A stretch of 41,731 bases of DNA from Candidatus Moraniibacteriota bacterium (GTDB lineage: Bacteria; Patescibacteriota; Minisyncoccia; Moranbacterales; UBA9337). Of the stretch, positions 35,402 through 41,731 are shown piece after piece; position 1 is the stretch's first letter, and every line of letters starts with the position of its first letter. The stretch is taken from NCBI GenBank assembly GCA_029865125.1, contig JAOUHN010000004.1:1-41731 (forward strand), in the 5' to 3' direction. Below the pieces are notes generated by a model. It did not search any database, was not told the origin of the DNA, and saw only the letters and a list, made by a program, of their open reading frames with translations. Both the position numbers and the translations under genes were made by a program.

Positions 35402-35914
35402 TTAAAGCATTATTTCGTTTGCAATTTCTCTGAGATCAATGTATTCGTCACAAGTCTGAATAAGTGATTCAGATGCATCTTCGCTAATAGAGACTGCTAC
35501 AACATGTTTACCTTTATTTTGCAATAATTGTATTGCATATACATAATCCTTGTCTCCACTAAATATGATTAATATGTCGTAATCATCCATTCTATCAAAC
35601 ATATCAGCTACTATTACAGCGTCTACATCACAACGCATAATGGTAATACCACCAATAGTCACATGTTTTGGTTGTTTTTTGTATATCGTAACACCTAGTC
35701 TTTTTAGTAGAGATATGAGTGATTTTTTGCCTGGACTTTCAAATTCGTCCTTGTCCATATAACACTTCGCAAAAACTACTTTACCAAATCTTTTTTTGAT
35801 ATAGCGAAGTGTTTTCGAGAAATTTAGCTGTATTCTAAGATTTTGCAGAGAACTCAAGAGATTGGCATTATCAAAGAGAATTAAAACTCTTGCAGATGAA
35901 GTGTTTATTGTCAC
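35402..35914 (-). CDS. NYN/LabA-DUF88 (PIN-like) domain protein
   Basis: LFDNANL, CDVD, FSGDKDY and GKHV...CDEYIDL motifs; GTG at 35914 follows a GGAGG SD. Confidence 0.88.
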   Translation of the reverse strand: MTINTSSARVLILFDNANLLSSLQNLRIQLNFSKTLRYIKKRFGKVVFAKCYMDKDEFESPGKKSLISLLKRLGVTIYKKQPKHVTIGGITIMRCDVDAVIVADMFDRMDDYDILIIFSGDKDYVYAIQLLQNKGKHVVAVSISEDASESLIQTCDEYIDLREIANEIML

Positions 35915-35995
35915 AATAGGGCCTCCTGTATTTTTCAAAGATCAGTCTTTTTGTTTTCACATTAGATTAACATGCTTAGTGACTTTGGGTCAAGA

Positions 35996-36076
35996 AAAAC
36001 CCCTCCTCAGTCCTCCCCTTGACCCGTCTGCATCAATATTACGCCGAGGTGAAAGGGAAAGGGGAGGAGGAAATAC
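35996..36076. repeat. REP-like repeat Z, copy 2
   Basis: Homologous to 9124-9201. Confidence 0.8.
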
Positions 36077-36183
36077 GGGATGCGTAGCCCATCTCTTGAT
36101 GGAAAGGGGAAGAGATTTGCGTTATTGAGCGCATGTTTTTTTGATTTTCTTTCGACTTTATAGACTTTTAACTTTTATCTCTC

Positions 36184-36192
36184 TGTGGATAA
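36184..36192. promoter_or_regulatory. Consensus DnaA box
   Basis: TGTGGATAA (reverse complement TTATCCACA) upstream of the nrdR promoter. Confidence 0.6.
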
Positions 36193-36221
36193 CTTCAATT
36201 TTTGGCTTGAAATCAAATGGT

Positions 36222-36276
36222 TTGCATGAGATGTAACTTGTGGTATAATTATCGCGTAACACACTACATGTAGTGT
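36222..36276 (+). promoter_or_regulatory. nrd promoter and NrdR box
   Basis: TTGCAT-16 bp-TATAAT with an extended TG; the perfect 16-bp palindrome ACACTACATGTAGTGT (36261-36276) matches the NrdR-box consensus. Confidence 0.85.
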
Positions 36277-36367
36277 AAAAAAGTAATTTATAGCTAATAA
36301 GCAGAAATTCTTCACTGAATTTTTTTGTTTCTGTCAAGGGTTTTTGTTCATTAGTTTTCAAATATAT

Positions 36368-36820
36368 ATGATTTGTCCATTTTGCAGCCATAGTGAAACA
36401 AAAGTTGTTGATTCAAGAGATACTAATGATGGGAAAGCCATTAGGAGAAGACGAGAATGTGAGAAATGCAATGCGCGTTTCAGCACATATGAGGAGATGG
36501 AAATAATGCGTTTGTCAGTCATCAAAAGAAACGGAGAAAAAGTTGAATATAATCAAGAAAAGGTTGTTTCAGGTCTTAGAAAGGCCCTGGAAAAAAGACC
36601 CATTACGGAAGAGAAGTTTGAAAAAATAGTGAGTGATATTGAGCATAAGATTTATTCCAAGGGGAAAAATGAGATAAAAAGTAAGGAAATTGGAAGAATA
36701 ATTCTGGAAAAACTGAAGGAAGTTGACGATGTTGCCTATTTGAGGTTTGCGAGTGTATACAAGTCATTTGGCAGTGCAACAAGCTTTCGAAAAGAATTGA
36801 GTAAACTGGAGGAAAAATAA
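36368..36820 (+). CDS. nrdR: Transcriptional repressor NrdR
   Basis: MICPFC..ETKVVDSR, RRRRECEKC, ATP cone and VAYLRFASVY; ATG at 36368. Confidence 0.98.
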   Translation: MICPFCSHSETKVVDSRDTNDGKAIRRRRECEKCNARFSTYEEMEIMRLSVIKRNGEKVEYNQEKVVSGLRKALEKRPITEEKFEKIVSDIEHKIYSKGKNEIKSKEIGRIILEKLKEVDDVAYLRFASVYKSFGSATSFRKELSKLEEK

Positions 36821-36891
36821 ATTTTTTTAAATATAATAAATAAAAAACACAAATTTACCAGAAGGTAAAGTAATTCTAGAAAAATATAAAA

Positions 36892-38997
36892 ATGAAAGAG
36901 GGCAAAAAAACTAAAAAGAAAGAAGTGAAAAAAAACACAAAAAGCAACAAAACTGTAAGTAAAGTCAAAAAGATTATCAAAAGAAGCGGAAGAGTTGTTC
37001 CATTCAAGCAAGAAAAAGTTGTGGCAGCTGTTTTGAAAGCTTTCAAGGAAACCGGAGAGGGTGCTGAAAAGGAAGCAGAAAAAGTGGGAGCAAAGGTTGT
37101 TCAAATGCTTAATAAACAATATAGAGATGGTTCTGTTCCTGAAATTGAGGAGGTGCAGGATGTTGTTGAAAAGGTTTTGATGGTTCTTGATTTCGATGAG
37201 ACTGCAAAGGCGTACATTTTGTATCGTGATCAGCACAGAAAGGTGAGAGAGACAAAAGACGCTTTGAAGGATGCTATTGATTTGGTGGAAGGGTATATCA
37301 GTGAATCTGATTGGAGAGTGAAAGAAAATTCAAACATGGGATTTTCTCTTCAAGGTCTCAATAATCACATTTCTTCTGCAGTGAGTTCAAAATATTGGAT
37401 GAACAGGGTGTATACCAAAAACATTCGTGATGCTCATGAAAATGGTGATTTGCACGTTCATGATCTTCAAATGGTGGCAGCATATTGTTGTGGTTGGGAT
37501 TTGCGCGAACTTTTGGTGCAAGGATTTGGTGGAGTGATGGGAAAGGTTGTGAGTGCCCCTCCAAAGCATTTTAGAAGTGCTTTGGGTCAAGTGGTGAACT
37601 TCATCTATACTCTTCAGGGAGAGGCAAATGGTGCGCAAGCTTTTGCAAATTTCGACACACTACTTGCTCCATTCGTGCACTATGACAAGTTGAGTCAAAA
37701 GGAAGTGAAGCAGGCCATTCAGGAATTTGTTTTCAACATGAATGTTCCAACCAGAGTTGGATTTCAGACACCTTTTTCAAACATCACAATGGATCTTCAA
37801 GTTCCATCAAATTTCAAAGATGAACCGGTGGTTATTGGAGGAAAGCTTCAGAAGAAGAAATACGGAGCTTTTCAGAAGGAAATGAACATGATCAACAAGG
37901 CTTTTGCAGAAGTGATGACTGAGGGAGATGCACAAAACAGAGTTTTCACTTTTCCGATTCCGACATATAACATCTCAAAGGAATTTGATTGGGAGGATCC
38001 AGCATTGAAACCGATTTGGGAAATGACAGCAAAATATGGAATGCCATATTTCGCAAATTTCGTGAATTCTGACATGAGTCCTGATGACGCAAGAAGCATG
38101 TGTTGCAGACTTCGACTGGATAACAGAGAGCTTAGAAAAAGAGGAGGAGGACTTTTTGGAGCAAATCCAATGACTGGATCAATCGGAGTGGTCACAATCA
38201 ACATGCCAAGAATTGGATATCTTGCAAAAGACAAAAAAGAATTCTTCCAAAAACTTGATGAATTGATGGATATTGCCAAGGAGAGCCTAGAAGCAAAAAG
38301 AATTTTCATTGAAAGATTGACTGAAATTGGACTATATCCATATTCAAGACACTACTTAAAGTCAATCAAGATGAGAAGAGGAAAATATTGGTCAAATCAC
38401 TTTTCAACAATTGGGCTTGTGGGGATGAATGAAGCACTTTTGAACCTCATTGGAAAAGACATCACGACGTACCAAGGAAACAGACTTGCTCAAAAGATTT
38501 TGAATCACATGAGAGACAAGATGGTGAAATATCAGAAAGAAACTGATAGTATGTATAACCTGGAAGCAACTCCAGCGGAAGGAACAACATATCGTTTGGC
38601 AAAGGCAGACCAAAAGAGATTCCCAGACATGATTTTTGCCAATGACAATGCTGTGAAAAATGAAGGAGCGGAGCCATATTACACAAACTCATCTCAACTT
38701 CCAGTAGGACACACCAGTGATATTTTCGAGGCTCTCGATCTTCAAGATGGTCTTCAAACGAAATACACCGGAGGAACAGTGCTTCATGGATTCTTGGGAG
38801 AAAAAATCAATGATCTTGAAACCGTGAAGAATTTGGTGCGAACAATTGCAAGCAAATATTCACTGCCATATTTCACATTCACTCCAACATTCAGCATTTG
38901 CCCTGTGCATGGATACATCGCGGGAGAGCATCAAACATGTCCGAAGTGTGCAATTGAAATCAAGAAAAAGGATGTGAAATTTGAGAAGGTGAAATAG
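36892..38997 (+). CDS. nrdD: Class III (anaerobic) ribonucleoside-triphosphate reductase, catalytic part lacking the glycyl-radical loop
   Basis: ATP cone, SMCCRL finger loop, EATPAEG, YTGGTV and ICPVHG...CPKC, then a stop. Confidence 0.95.
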   Translation: MKEGKKTKKKEVKKNTKSNKTVSKVKKIIKRSGRVVPFKQEKVVAAVLKAFKETGEGAEKEAEKVGAKVVQMLNKQYRDGSVPEIEEVQDVVEKVLMVLDFDETAKAYILYRDQHRKVRETKDALKDAIDLVEGYISESDWRVKENSNMGFSLQGLNNHISSAVSSKYWMNRVYTKNIRDAHENGDLHVHDLQMVAAYCCGWDLRELLVQGFGGVMGKVVSAPPKHFRSALGQVVNFIYTLQGEANGAQAFANFDTLLAPFVHYDKLSQKEVKQAIQEFVFNMNVPTRVGFQTPFSNITMDLQVPSNFKDEPVVIGGKLQKKKYGAFQKEMNMINKAFAEVMTEGDAQNRVFTFPIPTYNISKEFDWEDPALKPIWEMTAKYGMPYFANFVNSDMSPDDARSMCCRLRLDNRELRKRGGGLFGANPMTGSIGVVTINMPRIGYLAKDKKEFFQKLDELMDIAKESLEAKRIFIERLTEIGLYPYSRHYLKSIKMRRGKYWSNHFSTIGLVGMNEALLNLIGKDITTYQGNRLAQKILNHMRDKMVKYQKETDSMYNLEATPAEGTTYRLAKADQKRFPDMIFANDNAVKNEGAEPYYTNSSQLPVGHTSDIFEALDLQDGLQTKYTGGTVLHGFLGEKINDLETVKNLVRTIASKYSLPYFTFTPTFSICPVHGYIAGEHQTCPKCAIEIKKKDVKFEKVK

Positions 38998-39051
38998 CAA
39001 ACAATTGCTCGAATGAGCGTTGAATATATAAAAAATAAAATAACAAAAAAT

Positions 39052-39354
39052 ATGGAAAAACAAAAATTGATTTGCCATGATTGCAAAAAAGAGTTGAAGA
39101 AGGGGGATGAGTATGTGAATTATACTCAAGATGGAGAAGCATATTTAATAAAATGTCGAGAATGCTATGAAAAAGATCCTGTAATAAAGAACTTTAAAGA
39201 ATGTGATGTATATTCAAGAGTGGTCGGATTTCACACTCCGATTGGAAGATGGAACAAAGGAAAAAGTGCTGAATGGAAAGACCGAAAGACATTTGAAATA
39301 GGGGAAATGAAAGATGATGAAAAAGATTCTGATGATAAGGATAGCTGCAAATAA
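39052..39354 (+). CDS. nrdD: Separate NrdD C-terminal glycyl-radical domain with a Zn ribbon
   Basis: CHDC...CREC plus VYSRVVGFHTP..WNKGK..EW.DR; start may be 39013 or 39052. Confidence 0.9.
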   Translation: MEKQKLICHDCKKELKKGDEYVNYTQDGEAYLIKCRECYEKDPVIKNFKECDVYSRVVGFHTPIGRWNKGKSAEWKDRKTFEIGEMKDDEKDSDDKDSCK

Positions 39355-39380
39355 TTAGGGCGCAGAATTGAAAAAGATAG

Positions 39381-39412
39381 TCAGGGCGATTTCACTCACG
39401 AGATCGCCCTGA
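39381..39412. terminator. Hairpin after the small nrdD gene
   Basis: TCAGGGCGAT...ATCGCCCTGA perfect 10-bp stem. Confidence 0.6.
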
Positions 39413-39458
39413 AAAATGATTAAGATTTGAGATGGGAGAGTTTAGAATAAGGTGTTTC

Positions 39459-39680
39459 TTGTCATTCCGGAAAACATATTTTTCCAGGTGAGGAACGAAC
39501 CTGTGAAAAATAGTTTATCCGGTCTGTCTCGTAGCCAAGGCGGAAATCCATTCTTAATATAATCTCAAGTGTTATTAAGTCATCGCAATCAATGAAGTGT
39601 GGATCCCGGATAAGTTAATTTCTAAGGGCTTTCCCGACTCGTCGGGATCGCCCAAGAAATTATACTTTCCGGGATGACAA
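39459..39680. mobile_element. Non-autonomous MITE/REP-like element with nested hairpins
   Basis: Terminal inverted repeats TTGTCATTCCGGAAA / TTTCCGGGATGACAA (one mismatch); internal AATCCA/TGGATC arms and sub-hairpins. Confidence 0.75.
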
Positions 39681-39772
39681 AAGTATGATCGTGTGAAAAA
39701 CTTTTAGTTTTGAATTATAATTTCATATTCCTAAATTCCTAAATTCGTATAATCACATATTCCTAAACAATA

Positions 39773-40468
39773 ATGAATTTAGTTAGCTTTCAAAAATTTA
39801 CATTGGTGGATTATCCAGGGAAAATTGCAACTACCGTTTTCACGGCTGGGTGCAACTTTCGCTGTCCTTTTTGCTATAATCCAGAATTGGTTTTTTCTGC
39901 ACAACCCGTGACAAACGGAAACAAGATTGAAAAAGATTTTTTCAAATTTCTTGAGAGCAGAAAGGGAAAGCTTGATGGAGTGTGCATCACCGGAGGAGAA
40001 CCAACTCTTCAAAGTGATCTCATTGAATTTATGGGTAAGGTGAAAGACATGGGATATTTCGTGAAGCTGGACACCAACGGAATGAGGCCAGACGCAGTGA
40101 GACGTGCAATTGAAGCAGGTGTGGTGGACTATTTCGCAATGGACATCAAAAACAGTCTGGAAAGATATTCCGAAACCGTGGGAATCAACGTGGACACAGA
40201 AAGAATCAAGCTCTCTGTGGAACTCATCAAAAACAGTGGAGTGGATTATGACTTTCGAACCACAGTGGTCCCCGGAATTCACACCTATGATGATTTCAAA
40301 AGCATTGCCACCTGGATCGGAGGCGCCAAAAAATATGCCCTCCAAGGTTACCGCGACCAAAATATCCTCGACCCAAAACTCCGAGACAAAAAAGGAGAAG
40401 TTTTAGATTTGGAGAAAATTAAGGAGATGATCGAAGGAGAGTTTGGGGAAGTTGTCATTAGAGATTAG
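39773..40468 (+). CDS. nrdG: Anaerobic RNR activating enzyme (radical SAM)
   Basis: DYPG, GCNFRCPFCYN (CxxxCxxC), ITGGEPT, KLDTNG and FRTT motifs. Confidence 0.96.
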   Translation: MNLVSFQKFTLVDYPGKIATTVFTAGCNFRCPFCYNPELVFSAQPVTNGNKIEKDFFKFLESRKGKLDGVCITGGEPTLQSDLIEFMGKVKDMGYFVKLDTNGMRPDAVRRAIEAGVVDYFAMDIKNSLERYSETVGINVDTERIKLSVELIKNSGVDYDFRTTVVPGIHTYDDFKSIATWIGGAKKYALQGYRDQNILDPKLRDKKGEVLDLEKIKEMIEGEFGEVVIRD

Positions 40469-40506
40469 CTTAAGTATTTTTGCTGTTTTGTATTAAAGAT
40501 GTTTTT

Positions 40507-41731
40507 ATGAAAGTTATAGATAAAATTCAGATTAGATATTTTAGATCAATAAAAGATGAGAAAGTTCATAATATAAATGAAGTAAATGTTTTTTCTGGGT
40601 CTAATGATTCTGGAAAATCAAATATATTACGAGCACTAAATTTATTTTTTAACGGTGAAACAAGTTTTCAAAATAGATTGTATTTTGAAAATGATTTTTC
40701 TAAAGAAAGACTAGAAGAGGTAAGAAAGGAGTCCATAAAGGGAAGACAGTTTATCGCTGTTAAAATTTTCTTTATTGCTCCATCTGGACATAAAAATTTA
40801 CCAAATAAATTTTATGTTGAAAAAATGTGGGATAGAAAAGGCAATTTACTAAATACTGCAGACAATGTGATTTATCAGTTTAAGAAAGGTAAAACAAAAG
40901 CTAAAACTGAAGTAACAGCGAAGACTGCATTGTCAAGGTTCATCAATAGTATTTATTATCAATATATACCAGCAGTAAGATCTCCAGTTATATTTGATAA
41001 TCTTTTGGGTATTTTGCAGGAATTAATAGTTAAAAAAAATAAAAATAATACAAAGGTTGCTGGGTTGCTAAGTGATATTGAGAAAGAATTTAATAGTTTT
41101 ACAGGCAAGATTGGTAGTGAATTTCAAAAAGTTTCTGGGGTTCAATCTAGTGTAAGGATTCCTTCCGAGTTTCAGGATATATTCAAGGCTTTTTTTATTG
41201 ATACAAATACAGGTAATTTTAGCATCCCTCTAAATTTTCGTGGTGATGGTATTCAGATGCGTTATATTCCCGTTATTATGGATTACATAGCTAGAAATTC
41301 AAGAGGTATTCATATTTGGGGATTTGATGAACCTGAAAATTCAACCGAGTATAAGCTTTGTTCACAGATGGCAGAGGATTTTAAGAACAGATTTTCAAAA
41401 AATGCGCAAATATTTATTGCAACGCATTCTTTTCATTTTACAACGCTGAAAGGTGAGAATGTCTCAAGATATAGAGTCTTTAAGGATGCACAAGGTATAA
41501 ATTCATCAGTGTTGTTTGTTAATAAGGATGATCAAGTTGATATATTTAATCAAGGTATATCAGAAAAAATAAATGAGGAATTGGGAATATTAGATTTACA
41601 TAAGGATATTGCTAATGAATACAAAGAATGGCAAGAAAATAAGAATGTTTGGTTGAATGAGTTTAAGAGAATAGAAAAGCAATTGTGTGACGATGATAAA
41701 TTACCAATCATATTTGTTGAAGGTAAGACAG
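40507..41731 (+). CDS. OLD-family ABC-type ATPase plus TOPRIM nuclease, 3'-truncated (absent from the ORF track)
   Basis: My translation gives MKVIDKIQIRYFRSI, Walker A GSNDSGKSN, RGDG signature, Walker B WGFDEPENS, ATHS switch, and ends in PIIFVEGKT (start of TOPRIM). Confidence 0.88.
   Translation, partial: MKVIDKIQIRYFRSIKDEKVHNINEVNVFSGSNDSGKSNILRALNLFFNGETSFQNRLYFENDFSKERLEEVRKESIKGRQFIAVKIFFIAPSGHKNLPNKFYVEKMWDRKGNLLNTADNVIYQFKKGKTKAKTEVTAKTALSRFINSIYYQYIPAVRSPVIFDNLLGILQELIVKKNKNNTKVAGLLSDIEKEFNSFTGKIGSEFQKVSGVQSSVRIPSEFQDIFKAFFIDTNTGNFSIPLNFRGDGIQMRYIPVIMDYIARNSRGIHIWGFDEPENSTEYKLCSQMAEDFKNRFSKNAQIFIATHSFHFTTLKGENVSRYRVFKDAQGINSSVLFVNKDDQVDIFNQGISEKINEELGILDLHKDIANEYKEWQENKNVWLNEFKRIEKQLCDDDKLPIIFVEGKT

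Noticed and set aside
36184-36192. Replication origin
   Set aside because: Only one clear DnaA box, and no dnaA/dnaN or box cluster nearby.
35862-36391. ORFs 35862-36128 and 36158-36391
   Set aside because: They overlap repeat Z, the NYN start and the nrd promoter, with no protein-like signal.
1-41731. Alternative genetic code (TGA=Gly, as in Gracilibacteria/Absconditabacteria)
   Set aside because: Conserved genes translate full length under code 11 and TGA serves as a stop (e.g. 9025, 12378, 20502).

Overview
An AT-rich bacterial window using genetic code 11. The gene set and order, the mostly Shine-Dalgarno-less starts and the short bS21 point to a Patescibacteria/CPR (Parcubacteria-like) genome; this is inference. 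Part 1 (1-13.9 kb) is accessory. It opens with a 5'-truncated LCAT-like alpha/beta-hydrolase followed by five paralogous small membrane proteins that share a ~60-bp 3' block and swap tails. Among them lie an orphan copy of the hydrolase 3' end and a PaaX/Cas2-like gene bracketed by 36-bp imperfect palindromes. Next come an M23 peptidase and a two-gene nuclease/degenerate-NTPase plus helical-repeat module (candidate defence system). Five unrelated single-gene units follow, separated by recurring X/Y intergenic repeats, and two of them share a homologous promoter. The region ends at tRNA-Gln(UUG), which is flanked by duplicated 3' and 5' fragments of itself. Part 2 (14.3-35.3 kb) is mostly core: dnaX, GtrA, MFS, two Cache sensors with no output domain, mraZ-rsmH-ftsL-ftsI-murF, lepB, hisS, rpsU, YqeY, ybeY, dgkA, ftsA, ftsZ. 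Part 3 (35.4-41.7 kb) has a NYN gene, nrdR, a split class III ribonucleotide reductase, a nested MITE, nrdG and a 3'-truncated OLD-family ATPase-TOPRIM gene missing from the ORF track. The best candidates for undescribed biology are the lipase/variable membrane-protein array with palindrome-bounded gene units and the repeat-delimited cassette array next to tRNA-Gln. All family assignments come from reading motifs; no searches were run.
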